DNA of 64,000 nucleotides from the human T2T-CHM13v2.0 reference genome, Homo sapiens. Position numbers and translations under genes: made by a program. The notes under the pieces are model-generated. The model worked only from the letters and a program-made list of their open reading frames with translations. It was not told the DNA's origin and ran no database searches. The number at the start of each line of letters is the position of its first letter. Position 1 is the first letter of the stretch. The stretch lies in the NCBI RefSeq assembly GCF_009914755.1, contig NC_060927.1; one strand, given 5' to 3'. Shown here piece by piece: positions 26,201 through 41,439 of the stretch.

Positions 26201-27291
26201 ATACAGGTACAAAAAAATCAAGATACAAACCATATTGGTTTAATCCTAAAATCAGTATCAATTAGTTTAATTTTAAAATCAGTACCCATTAAATCAATAT
26301 AAAACCACATAAGGAATGCATTGTTATCCTAATATGCCATTTTCAAATTGAGTTCTTTAAAAGAAAAAAGACTTAGAAGACATTAGTTGAAATTTCTTAC
26401 ATCAACATACAGAACTGCATTCATTCTACTCATTTGTATTTTAAAATGATTAAACTGTTGCCTAAAAGAGATTTAAAAATCCATACCATAAGTCATCTAA
26501 GATTTTGATAATTTTTAAAACATCTCCTTAAAGAAACATATATCTTCAGAATAAAATGATTAAAAAGTATCATACATTAATATTCCATAATTTTTTATTG
26601 ATGTATTTGGACAGGAAAGAAAAAAGAAAAAAAGACACTTTGTGATGACTTAGTCTACACTCTGTCATGTGCTAGACAATCCCCAAAACTCATCCTTTTT
26701 CATTGATTCCATCCACCTTCCTCCCTCTAGTCTCATATATAGCAAACTGTATCTGGTACACAGTGGGTGCACAAAAATGTTGGTTGCCAAATATCTTTAT
26801 TACCCATCATATTAGTTTTAAGACTGAATTGCTTTAATATTATGACTCATTTGCATTCAAGTAGCTCTACTAAGTGCCAATGTCTTGTTTATCTCTGGAT
26901 ATCTTGGCTGTGTCACTGTTTCCCTCACAGTAAGGAGCTTAATAGATACTTTTTAAATAAAGAAAATCATCTAATTTAATCCATGAAACAATCTTGGGAG
27001 ATGCACTCCTTTTCTTACTCATTTTCTAATTTAAGAATTTTGCCCAAAGAATAGTTGATAGTATGTGGCAGATGAGAACCTAAGCAGGATATGTGAAATT
27101 CCTCCAAGTCCTTTTCATTTATTCTTTTATTAGTCATTTAGTTCAGCTATTAAACTGCAATAATCTAAAATAATCGTACAATTTAAATTTTCCCACCATC
27201 TTTAATGTTTTCAAGAGTCATGATCCTTTAAGCTAGGCTTACATTGAAAACTCCTTTAAATGTTTTATTCTTTAAAGATATTTGCTAAAAG

Positions 27292-27566
27292 TTTTTTTTT
27301 TTTTGAGACGGAGTCTCGCTCTATCGCCCAGGCTTGAGGGCAGTGGCCGGATCTCGGCTCACCGCAAGCTACGCCTCCTGGGTTCACGCCATTCTCCTGC
27401 CTCAGCCTCCCAAGTAGCTGGGACTACAGGCGCCTGCCACCACGCCCAGCTAATTTTTTGTATTTTTAGTAGAGACAGAGTTTCACTGTGTTAGCCAGGA
27501 TGGTCTCGATCTCCTGACCTTGTGATCCGACAGCCTTGGTCTCCCAAAGTGCTGGGATTACAGGTG
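27292..27566 (-). mobile_element. AluY, slightly 5'-truncated
   Basis: GCAAGCT.CGCCTCC.GGGTTCACGCCATTCTCC and GTTAGCCAGGATGGTCTCGATCTCC; TSD TGCTAAAA(T)GTTTTT. Confidence 0.95.
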
Positions 27567-29170
27567 CTAAAATGTTTTTAATAAAAAAAAAAAAATCTAC
27601 CACTTGAAAATATCAGAGGAAACTCACTTTAACTTTCATATTGTGCAACAATATTTTATATGTTACAAAGCAAACAACAATAGGAATAAGCTGTTCAAAT
27701 TGTGTCCCTTCTTGAACAAACTCTTAAAAGCAACAATTATTGATACCAATGATCTCTAATGTGACTCTATTTACTATGTAAATAAAAACATTCAGAAATG
27801 ATCTTTTAGTCACTTTGCTAAGGATAAAAGACTTGAAAACATATTCAGTATTTTTCCTTTAATAGACTTCTACCAAATATATATTAAGTCAATATCCACT
27901 GGTAAATTCGTAATACTCTTCATACCATATCATAAAACTTTAACTTTACCTATAATTTCCATTACTTGAAAAAATAGACTTTTTCCAGTTTTCCTAAAAA
28001 CTCTTACATTTAGTAGATTTGACATGTCTGATTTTTGCATATCATACACTTTGAAGAAATGCATATGTGCACATATTCCCTTGTATAAGATGTCAGTTTG
28101 TACCCATGACAAAACAAAGATGATCAACTGGTAAACCATCCAGTGAAATGCTATCTTCTGGCCAGCTCAATGTAATAGGAGTTTTTTCCACTAAATTACC
28201 TAGATGAACACAAACCTTGACCAGTTATATCCCACTAGCTCATGTGTGTAATTGTTAGGGTAGAAAATTGCAGCAAGGCTGAAGGTACAGACGTTCATTT
28301 CCAGTTAACCAAACAAAATAGGAAAATGTGCTTTTCTACACTCATTCCTATTTATATAATACATTTTATTCTATTAAATATATTTCTAGTGTATTTAATT
28401 TAAAAATAAGTCAAATAATTGAAATAAAATGAGATTAGTAAGACTTTCAAAGCATGCACTAAAGGATTGCAGTTATTGACTTTGCAATAACAATTCACTC
28501 AACATCCAGTAATTTAGTCACTATGCTATACAAAGGCAAATTTACAGAAGAAGAAGCAATGACACCTGTCTTTAAATATGTGCAAAGATCTTTCTTCAAT
28601 TTGTTGAGCGAAAAAATACATGCTTTAAAGCATTCAGAGCTTTTCTCTCTAACAAGCTTGCCTTATTTTCTTCAGTGCATGTTCAGGATACTTCACTAAA
28701 CATTAGTCTTCTACCCCAAGTTCTGGTCTATTGTGTACAGCAGGCTTACTGTCTGGGAACCATTTTTGGCCTTTGATTGAAAACTGCTTTTCTCCCAGTT
28801 GCCTTAGCTGTTGATTTAGCCAGTTTCTGCTAAGGTCTATGGACAGACTCTGACTGACCAGTGCTCTCAGTAGTTGACCTCAGCATTTTATTTCACAGAA
28901 TTGAGGAAGGAGGCAAGTGCAGAGCTCAGTACTTACATAAGCTTTCCATGTATGCATAGTTCTGTCCTTCTAAATATAAAGCATGCCTATGGGTTCAGAA
29001 TTACATCTTTATGGTTACATGTAATATATACCATGCTATATTTGCTTATTTTTTATTGTTTCTTTTCCCCACCCTTCTATGGGTTCCAAAAAAGATTTTT
29101 ATCCATAGCACAAAGACTAGTTTTAAGGAAATAGTAGACACTCAATAAGTACTGTTCAAAGAATGACTAA

Positions 29171-29582
<412 letters not shown>

Positions 29583-29699
29583 TAAATAACAAATAAATCT
29601 TTCATTATTATTGGCAAGAACTACATTCACTAAGTAAAATTCCTATGCAAATTAATGTATGTTAGAATGTAGAAATATGAATGGTACCATGTTTAACAG

Positions 29700-29945
29700 T
29701 AGAGACACTATGGTCAGACTGCCTGGGTAAAAACTTAGCTCTGTCATTTACTTAGTATCTGGCTTTGGACAAGTTTCTGAACTGTTTTGTGCTTGAATTT
29801 AATCATATAGAAAAGGAGGATAATAAAATAGCGACAAATAATTAAAACTTTATGAGAGAATTATTGTGAGGATTAAATAAATTATACATGACACACTTAA
29901 AAAGGTGCCCAGTACACTGAGTAACACCTAGGACTATTAGCTTTT
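29700..29945 (+). mobile_element. MIR
   Basis: GTCAGACTGCCTGGGT...TTGGACAAGTT...TTGTGAGGATTAAAT...GTGCCCAGTACAC. Confidence 0.75.
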
Positions 29946-30666
29946 ATGGTTAACAATATAGTTGCATGATCTGCATAAGAAATATTTGTGGATGTCATCT
30001 CTATAATAATTACTACTATTATTAACTCCATTGGGTATTTGGTTAGATTGAACTGGACCCCCAAGAGATTGACTATCCTTAAGTGGATGGAAAGTTTATG
30101 CCAAACTGAATAGCAAACTTCTGAAATATGCTAACTTAATTAGAATACAGATAAATTACAGGAACAGACATCTTTGGTTACTAATTAAAACAGTACCAAT
30201 AATATCTGAATGTAAATAAGCTAACTTATTTGATTCCACTCACAAACATTAACTTCTGATGACCAGAGGAAGGTTCAAAGACAGTATACAGCTAGTGATG
30301 TCAATTTAAAGACGATTTTGAAACAAGAGACAAAAGACATGCTGAGACAGAAGTATGGGCTCATGAAGATGTACTTTGTCTGTTTCACAATTTCCTTATG
30401 ATATATATACAACCAATGCCATCTGGTACCCCATCATTTTTCTTATCACTATTGCTATTGAAACTGATAGATATAATGTAAACCAGCATTCTTCATATTT
30501 GTTTGTAGTTGAAAGTCATGGGAAATGGTTGTAAACAAATCAAAATCACACCCACTGTTTGAGCACATACCTTATCCTTTTAAGTGAGTATTTTTATGTA
30601 ACAGCATTTAATTTAAAGGAGGAGCCAAAACAAAAAGTTTGGCTTACTTTGTATTATAAATTTTTT

Positions 30667-33233
30667 CACATTGATTTTGTATCCTGAGACTTTGCTGAAG
30701 TTGCTTATTGGGTTAAGGAAATATATAAATATACAATCATGCCATCTGCAAACAGAGACGATTTGACTTCCTCTCTTACTATTTGAATACCCTTTATTTC
30801 TTTCTCTTGCCTGATTGCCCTAGCCAGAACTTCCAATTCTATATTGAATAGGAGTGGTGAGAGAGGGCATCCTTGCCTTGTGCCGGTTTTCAAAGGTAAT
30901 GCTTCCAACTTTTGTCCATTCACTATGATATTGGCTGTGAGTTTGTCATAAATAGCTCTTATTATTTTGAGATATGTTCCATCAATACCTATTTTATTGA
31001 GAGTTTTTAGCATGAAGGGTGTTGAATTTTATCGAAGGCCTTTTCTGCATCTATTGAGATAATCATTTGGTTTTTGTAATTGGTTCCGTTTATGTGATGG
31101 ATTATATTTATTGATTTGTGTATGTTGAACCGGCCTTGCATCCCAGGGATGAAGCTGACTTGATCGTGGTGGATAAGCTTTTTGATGTGATGCTGGATTG
31201 GGTTTGCCAGTATTTTATAGAGGATTTTCGCATCGATGTTCCTCAAGGACGTTGGCCTGAAATTTTCTTTTTTTGTTGTGTCTGTGCCAGGGTTTGGTAT
31301 CAGGATGATGCTAGCCTCATAAAATGAGTTAGGGAGGAGTCCCTCTTTTTCTATTGTTTGGAATAGTTTCAGTGGGAATGGTACCAGCTCCTCTTTGTAC
31401 CTCTGGTAGAATTCAACAAAAATCACAAGCATTCCTATACACCAGTAATAGACAAACAGAGAGCCAAATCATGAGTGATCTCTCATGCACAATTGCTACA
31501 AAGAGAATAAGATACCTAAGAATACAACTTACAAGGGACATGAAGGACCTCTTCAAGGAGAACTACAAACTACTGCTCAAGGAAATAAAAGAGGACACAA
31601 ATGGAAAAACATTCCATGCTCATGGATGGGAAGAATCAGTATTGTGAACATGACCATAATGCCTAAAGTAATTTATAGATTCAACGGTATTCCCATCAAG
31701 CTACCACTGACTTCCTTCACAGAATTAGAAAAAACTAAATTTCATATAGAATCAAAAAAGAGCCCACATAGCCAAGACAATCCTAAGCAAAAAGAACAAA
31801 GCTGGAGGCATCATGCTATCTAACTTCAAAATATAGTACAAGGCTATAGTAACCAAAACAGCATGGTACTAGTACCAAAACAAATACCTAGACCACAGAA
31901 CAGAGGCCTCAGAAATAACGCCACGCATCTACGACCATCTGATCTTTGACAAACCTGACAAAAACAAGCAATGGGGAAAGGATTCCCTATTTAATAAATG
32001 GTGCTGGGAAAACGGGCAAGCCATATGCAGAAAACTGAAACTGGACCCCTTCCTTACACCTTATACAAAAATTCATTAAAGATGGATTAAAGACTTAAAT
32101 GTAAAACCTAAAACCATAAAAACCCTAGAAGAAAATGCAGGCAATACCATTCAGGACATAGGCATGAGCAAAGACTTCATGACTAAAACAACAAAAGCAA
32201 TGGCAACAAAAGCCAAAATTGACAAATAGGATCTAATTAAATGAAAGAGCTTCTGCACAGCAAAAGAAACTATCATCAGAATGAACAGGCAACCTACAGA
32301 ATGGGAGAAAATTTTTGCAATCTACCCATCTGACAAAGGGCTAATATCCAGAATCTACAAAGAACTTACACAAACTTACAAGAATAAAGCAAACAACCCC
32401 ATCAAAAAGTGGGCAAAGGATATAAACAGACACTTCTCAAAAGAAGGCATTTATGCAGCCAACAAACATATGAAAAAAAGCTCATCATCACTGGCCATTA
32501 GAGAAATGCAAATCAAAACCATAATGAGATGCCATCTCACGTCAGTTAGAATGTTGTTCATTCAAAAGTCAGGAAACAACAGATGCTGAAGAGGATGTGA
32601 AGAAATGGGAACGCTTTTACACTGTTGGTGGGAGTGTCAATTAGTTCAACCATTGTGGAAGACTGTGGCGATTCCTCAAGGATCTAGAACCAGAAATACC
32701 ATTTGACCTAGCAATCCCATTACTGGGTATATACACAAAGGATTATAAATCATTCTACTATAAAGACATATGCACACATATGTTTATTGCAGCACTGTTC
32801 ACAATAGCAAAGACTTGGAACCAACCCAGATGCCCATCAATGATATACTGGATAAAGAAAATATGGCACATATACACCATGGAATACTATGCAGCCGTAA
32901 AAAAGAATGAGTTCATGTCCTTTGCAAGGACATGGATGAAGCTGGAAACCATCATTCTCAGCAAACTAACACAGGAACGGAAAACTGAACACCACGTGAT
33001 CTCACTCACAAGGGGGAGTTTTACAATGAGAACACATGGACACAGGGAGAGGAACATCACACACCAGGGCCTGTTAGTGGGTTGGGGGCTTAGAAGAGGG
33101 ATAGCATTAGGAGAAATACCTAATGTAGATGACAGGTTGATGGGTACAGCACACCACCATAGCACGTGTATACCTGTATAACAAAGCTACATGTTCTGGA
33201 CATGCATCCCAGAATTTAAAGTATAAAAAAAAA
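30667..33233 (+). mobile_element. 5'-inverted (twin-primed) L1, L1PA6/7-like: inverted part 30667-31414 (-), sense part 31417-33233 (+)
   Basis: Antisense RT peptides ([15 protein letters not shown]; [13 protein letters not shown]) switch to sense ORF2 C-terminus, 3'UTR and poly-A; the two parts are contiguous in L1 consensus (...CAATGTG|CAAAAATCACAAGC); TTCACAT occurs at both ends. Confidence 0.93.
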
Positions 33234-34510
33234 TTCACATATGTTAGTCTTATTAACTGAGACTGCATGCCACAGCTACGTGTTAAAGCAGCATATTACA
33301 ATAAGACGCAATTTCCAAAATTCAAAATACCTTAGCCAATAAAGAAAATACTAACAATAAGTAATCTGGGCTCAGTTAGAGCAAGGTACAAGTTTGATTT
33401 TGCATGGCGCCATTTTTGTATTTCTAGATTTTTTTTTTCATTCCATATACATGCATGCCCTTATCTCTCCTGTCATGTCCCCAAACTTTCCCTGATGGTA
33501 CTTTCTTATTGTACGCCTTCCTCTACTGCCAAAATAATTTTAACGTTGAGACAGATTGCCTCAATTTGTTTGCTTACCCTGTGGAAACTCTTTTCACATC
33601 AGCTTTTACAAATCTCCTAATTTGTCTGATCAGGAAGCCTATTTTCAGGCTTTGTATGAGTTGATTGTTGTGCAGAATTCATTACTATTGACCTGCTTCT
33701 TCTTGGCAACTCTAGTCTCTTTTGGTGCCTACCACATTCATTTCTGCTGCTTCTCCTCCCTTATCTCCAGCTGTTCCTTCTCTGTCTTCTTGACTGGATT
33801 TTTCTCCGTGTTTTCTTTTTTATTATGATTTTTTAGGTTCTCTAACTCACCCCTGCTTCTTTTTATGTGGAATATTGTTCCTGACTTAATGATACTATTC
33901 AACCCCATGATGTTAGGCACTGTCTTTATGTGGGAGTCTCCATAATCTATAATCACAGCTCAGATTTATTTCTACCAAAACCTAAACAAATAGTTCTCAC
34001 TTCCTTGGTACATAAACACTTGGATACCTCATATAGTTGAACCCTAAATACAAACGGATTTCAGCAATATCACTACTCTAAAACAACAATGACAACAAAA
34101 CAGCACAGTAACCACTTTTTGCCCTTATCCATTTCCTCTATTAGTATATATAAGTAAGCCAGAACACCCTAGAGTCAATCTGTAATTCTCCTGCTCTATC
34201 AGTCCCATATCCAAATAGTCAGATTTATCACACAATTTTCTCTCAAATTAGTCACCTTCTCTCCGACTCCAATTTCACATGTTAAATTAGATGCTAGCCA
34301 ACTTCTTCATCTAGATTAACTCTAACATTTAATTCTATCTAGGTAGCCTCAAAGCACAAACTCTAACCCCAAGTGGGTATATAAAAGCTTCAGAAAAGTG
34401 AAGCAGTGGGTGTAGTTTGACAGTTTCCCATGTGATTCTAACATAACATACCACTCCTCTCCCTTATTTTCTCTGTGCTCAGGGGTTAAAATCATTCCTC
34501 TAATCCCTTT

Positions 34511-34657
34511 AAGTGGTTCTTATCCTTGACTGCACACTGAAATCCCCTGGGGAGATAGAAAAATTTCAATGTCCAGGTCTCACACCTAGATTCAGAAATA
34601 ATTGTTTTGAAAGGCAGCCTGGTGATTCCAATATACAGATAAGGTTGAGAACAACTC
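34511..34657. mobile_element. MER5-family (hAT-Charlie) non-autonomous DNA transposon
   Basis: AGTGGTTCTTATCCTTGACTGCACA...CCTGGTGATTCCAAT...AGGTTGAGAACAACT terminal inverted repeats. Confidence 0.8.
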
Positions 34658-35142
34658 TTCTAGATTCATACTATCTAGAGTGAGTGAACAACATTCCAGG
34701 GCTATAGAAAACAATCCATTGGTGTAAGATAATAATAGAAAATTTAACAATATGTATTTTTAATCTTAGTGCTTAAAATTTTAATAAAATCACATATGAT
34801 GTTTAAAATATACATAATAGTTTGTCATTGGTATAGAGTAGTATATAGTAAATAAAAACATTTACAAAAGTTGTAAATGTACAAAAGTGTACATGCAAAT
34901 AAGTAGGTATGAAACATCCAAAAAGTCTAAAATTATTTGCTGTAAAAAGCAGCTCATTATCTTTCACTGCAACTGTTTTCATACTGGTCTTTTTTCATCT
35001 AGCCTGCTCATTTTGCTAGGCCAAGTAATTATTCTACTGTAGTTATCTTCTGGAAACTAAATATGAACCTGTCATTTTCTTGCTTTAAATGTCTATTAAC
35101 TCCAAGTTATCTAGCTCAATTTCAAGTTTATTGTTTAAATAA

Positions 35143-35475
<333 letters not shown>

Positions 35476-36018
35476 TGAAATTCTTAATGTCGCTTCCAAG
35501 CACCTTTAGTTTCTCTTCAAACTCTGCAACCTTAGTTCTCCCCAGTCCATTCCATATCCTAGGCTGAAATATTTTCCTGTGTATCAAAATTCACTAGTTC
35601 CCTGTTCACACTGGCTTTCCTGAATCTATAAACACCACTGTTTTTATTTTCTACTTTTTAAACCTTCATTAAACTTGCAAACGACAAAACAGATATTTTC
35701 TCACATATTCTAGGATTATTAATTAAATGTCTACTAGAACATTCATCACCTTATACTGCAATTATCATACATGTTGGTTTGTCTTCATTAAATATTGAGA
35801 TGCTCAAGGACTAAATTTGACTGTTTCATCTTTATATTTTTCCAATATTTGGCACTGAACTAAGTATAAAAGAGTGGTTTAACGTATGCCTGTTGAATAA
35901 ACTCATTCAGGTTTTCCATAAATAGTTATTGATTTCTATGTGCTGGGCAATCATATAGGCACTGTGAAAGTAACAATGAAAACATGAATTCGTGACTAAA
36001 GAACAAAGGAATAATAGA

Positions 36019-36258
36019 TTTTTGTTTATTTATTTATTTCCCTTTTTAAACATTATTTTTGGTTTTTATTTGTGTAAATGTTAAGGGGTACAAGTGTAAT
36101 TTTGTTATGTGGATATACTGCAAGTGGTGAAGTCTGGGCTTTTAGTGTAATCCTCCCCCATTAACATACATTGTACCTATTCAGTAATTTCCCATCATCC
36201 ACCTCCTCTGAGTCTCTATTATCTATCATTTCACACTCTATGTCCATGTGTACACATT
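36019..36258 (-). mobile_element. L1MA-type 3' end fragment
   Basis: GGGGTACAAGTGTAATTTTGTTA...AGTGGTGAAGTCTGGGCTTTTAGTGTA...CTCTATGTCCATGTGTACACATT; TSD-like GGAA(T/C)AATA(G/T)ATTTTT. Confidence 0.85.
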
Positions 36259-39200
36259 GGAACAATATATTTTTTTAAAAAGTCAATCAGTGTTGCTTGT
36301 TACAAAGAAAACCAAAGCAAAACTAGCCATTACTAAAACAAACAAAAGCACCTCAACATTTACCACAGACCAAGGATTTCATCTATACCTACAATCAATT
36401 TAATTTTCTTTCTAATAAGATGAATTCACTATTAATAGCAAGTATACATATCTACTACATAATGATAAATTATTATCACAATAGTGATGCTAAGGACATT
36501 CAAGATTCTAAAACGCTATTTTAATCAAAGATTAAAGTACATTTACTATACATAGGTTCTATGGCATTTTGTAAGATTCTGATTTCAGGAAAATTTTAGA
36601 CTTGTGGAATAACAGTGCTGGAGGAGATAAATTCCTCTCTCTACCTATGGGAAAACAAATTCATAGAAGTCAAGGGTTTCACCTTACGTCACACAACTAG
36701 TTAATAACCAAAACAATGGTATAAATCACATCTCCCAAGGTTGCTTTTTAGCACTCCTTAGACTATGCCAAAGTGGCTTCTCTTGGTGAACCAGGATATC
36801 TGATTGCAGACTAAATCATGCTGAATTACACTTCACTATCCAAGGAACAGGATGTTATTATGAATAATACATTGCTTCTCAATGTTTAAATGTAGTGAAA
36901 CTTGAGAAATATAAAACATTATTATGGCTCTATGAAATATTAAGTGGCTTTGAACTAGCAGGTTTTTAAGCATCTAAGGTAAAAGTGATTGTTAGGAAAG
37001 AGTACATAAGTAACTACGCAGAAAAAAAAGACATTTTTAAATAATAGATTTATAATTCCCTAAATATGCTACCTTATAGAGGTAAGCATATCCATATATC
37101 ACAATTATAACAAAACATTAATAACTAGTCATATAACAATAATAGTTTTAATGTAGGTTATTTGAGGCTGAGATTGTATTCACAAACTACCTTCTAAATA
37201 CTCAATCACTTAATCTGTAGAATAGGAATAATAATTATTAACTGTTATAATTAAATGATATTACCCATAAAAACTCTAAATATCATGCCCGGCATATTCT
37301 AAAACACTTAATAGAAAGTTAGTCATGAGGGCTTTGATTATCTAATGAATAAGAAATTAATACAGACAAATGTTCAAGAGCACAGGCATTGAGTTCCATT
37401 GGGTATCAGTTCAACTTCTGTTTCGGGATGTTTAGCTGTACAGCTTTAAAAAGTCCACAATACTGTCTAGGTATAGAATGCATGGTTACTACATGCCTGT
37501 AAATTGCTAAATGATAATGACAATGTATATAATTAATCTAGGAAATTTTAACAATGAACTTAAAAGTAAATTGAAAAAAGACACGTTCTTTAAGGAATGT
37601 TAGAGTTCTTATGGTACATGGAATAAAATAAATGTATATTTTATTTGTCCAAAGAATAGTAGCAACAAAAATCTTAAAAAAACTTATTTTGCATAGGTCA
37701 ACATTGGTCCTGGATATTAAATTATTGTTATGTCTTCATTCTTTAATAGAGTAATATTAAATATGGTTAGCCATTTGCAACTATCAGGGTTACTAATTCA
37801 ATAACTTAGAAAAGTTTTCTCTTGTCCCTGAGCTTCATTTTCTCACCTTTAATGTGAACATGTTCATCTAGATGACTACTAACTTCTCTTCCCATTCTAT
37901 AACACAAAAAGCATTACTAAAGCAGACTGCCAAGTACAGCTGCACAGGTTATTCACTGCACAAGTACATCCAGCATATTGTGTACCATGTCAATTTGCAC
38001 AGCTTATTCATTGTTCAAAGGCAAGTGGGTCTAAAATGTAACTGGACCTCCACTTGCCAAGCTGTGCTCAGATACATGACTGCCTAGAAAAAGGAGTGCT
38101 TTTGCATCAACTGCAACGATATAAAGTCTAAGATTATAATCCTGTGTTAAAGAGAGATGCATTATGAACACATTGCAGTGAACTCACTCTTAAGGTATAT
38201 GACTCATTCTTTTAATCTGTAAAACAATTAGAACACTCTTCTGAGTCTTTTTCTTTAGTTTCTGTACTTATTCCCTTTCATTTTGAAAACTTCAGTGCAG
38301 TGGGGATCTTAACCCTCTGTAAAGTGGACAGTCTCTCTTTGTCAGGCTCCTAGCTCTCAACTTACTACCTACCCATACAAAATCGCTATCATTTATTATT
38401 TTACTGCTTCACTGCTTTCAAAACACTAAACTGTAGGCTGCTTATTTGATGGATTTTTCTTTTTTACTGTTTTTGTCTTCTTATTCCTACTACTACTCAT
38501 ACATACCTGTCTTGTATACTTGCCAAGCAGACAAATCTCCTTACAAATTCTGGCTATGATTCAATTCCTTCTTAACTGAAGATAAATAAAATCCTTCCTC
38601 ACTTATTAGTACCTTCCCTCTTACATGCTGGTTCAAGATTCACATGATTCCAATTATTCCTACAATTTTTTCTTCCTAGTAATTCCTACATCTGTCCACC
38701 GTACGTTTTCATTGTAGTAGAGTAATATAATGGTGCATAATTATCCTTTGTGTACTTGCATTCATTTAGTTTTGTTTTGCAAGTTATTATTAGTATTTAA
38801 ACACCCTCTTCAAATCATGGATATTTTATTTAGCTTTCTTCTTAGCTCACTACAGTTCACAACAAGCAGCAGTCCAAAGAGGGCTGTTGTATTTTAACAG
38901 GTGAATTTGCTAAATCAAAATCAGAACCAATATTTCTAAGGTACCAATAAAAACAGCTAGTTGTTATTATAAAACTCTCAATCCATCAAGAGTCTATAAA
39001 TTAAATTAATGTGAACTACCTTTATTTTGAAAAACATAAAATTAGTAAAGAGAAATACATCATAAGATCAGAAGTCCTTTAACCAGACTTCTGGGTTTGA
39101 AATTGATTCCATGACTTCTACCTACTTTCTCTGCTACACTTTTATCCTTTTGAAAGTAAGATTAATAAAAGTTTCTGTCACCTGAGTTTGATTTGCATGT

Positions 39201-39467
39201 GTCTTAAAAAAGTGACTTCTTATTACCATGGCTACTTATATTATATAACCAAGTTTAATATGAGCAATAAATATCAGAAAATACATTTATGGAAAAGTGC
39301 TTTATAAAACAAGTTTCAGTAAATTTCAAGAAATATTTCTTGACACTCTTTTAAAATCATTAATTGAGTGCTTAGTATGAGTCTGGATGATGCTATTATA
39401 TACATATTTCAGATTATTATTTTATTTAATCCTCATGACCCTCCCTCATGATTCAAGTATTATCATT

Positions 39468-39839
39468 TGATATGGTTTTGCTGTGTCCCCACCCCAATCT
39501 CATCTTGAACTGTAGCTCCCATAATCTCCACATGTCGTGGGAGGGACCCGGTAGGAGGTAATTACATCATGGGGGTGGGTTTTTCCCATGCTGTTCTCCT
39601 TCACTAATGATAGTGAATAAGTCTCACGAGATCTGATGGTTTTATAAAGGCAGTTCCCCTGCACATGTTCTCTTGCCTGCTGCCATGGAAGATGTGCCTT
39701 TGCCCCTCCTTTGCCTTCCACCAGGGTTGTGAGGCCTCCCTAGCCATATGGAATTGTTGAGTCCATTAAGCCTCTTTTTCTTTATAAATTACCCAGTCTC
39801 AGGTATTTCTTCATAGCAGTATGAAAATGGACTAATACA
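39468..39839 (+). mobile_element. THE1 (ERVL-MaLR) solo LTR inserted in a MIR
   Basis: TGATATGGTTT...GAGATCTGATGGTTTTATAAAGG...GGACTAATACA; perfect 5-bp TSD TCATT; MIR sequence on both flanks (~39360-39467, 39845-39960). Confidence 0.96.
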
Positions 39840-39974
39840 TCATTTTACCATTTTACAAATGTGAACTCCATGTCTTAGAGAAGGTAAGCAGCTCACTCAA
39901 AATGACAGTTAATGAGTCAACGAGCCAGCATTCAAACTTAGTTGTATGCAACTCCAGGGCTGGACCTCCTAAAC

Positions 39975-40166
39975 TAGTGGTTCTCCACCTTCAGTTCATA
40001 GCAGGATCACCTAGATGGCTTTGATAAAACACAGATTGCTGGGCCCCAACCCCAAGTTTTTGATTCAGTTACGCTAGTGTAGGACCTGAGAATTTGATTT
40101 CTGAGAATAAGTTCCCAGGTGATATTGATGATGCATAGCCAAGGAACCATACTTTGAGGATCACTG
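39975..40166 (-). mobile_element. MER5A (hAT-Charlie)
   Basis: AGTGGTTCTC...AAAACACAGATTGCTGGGCCCC...AAGTTCCCAGGTGAT...ACTTTGAGGATCACTG; degenerate 8-bp TSD (T/G)CCTAAA(C/T). Confidence 0.9.
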
Positions 40167-40634
40167 GCCTAAATTATTAAACATACTGTTTTGACTGTTT
40201 AATTCAGTAATCTATAATAACACTAATCAGTAATTATATAGGCATATACCAGTATTTCAAAATTGTTGTATTAATAATATAACTATTCATGATGTTATAG
40301 TATTTATGTGATTTAGGACATAAAAAGCAGTATTTTACATAGTGAAATTCAAATACTGTTTATGTTTTTGAAGCAAATCAGAATTTTTTTTTATTATCCC
40401 ATACTAACTGTTGGAAGCAAGATGTCGATGATTTATTAAAGAGAATGAGTTCATCCAGGGTACATAATAACCATAAGTACTTTCACTTTAATGTGTTTTA
40501 TCTTGGGTCTTGTGATCCACGTTGTAAGTAAAAATTTCAGTAAAACAAGCTATCACCTATGTGCGGGTTTTACCTATTAGACTTACATATAATACCACAG
40601 CTAGTTTAAAAATTACAGTGGAAAAGATCACTCT

Positions 40635-41439
<805 letters not shown>

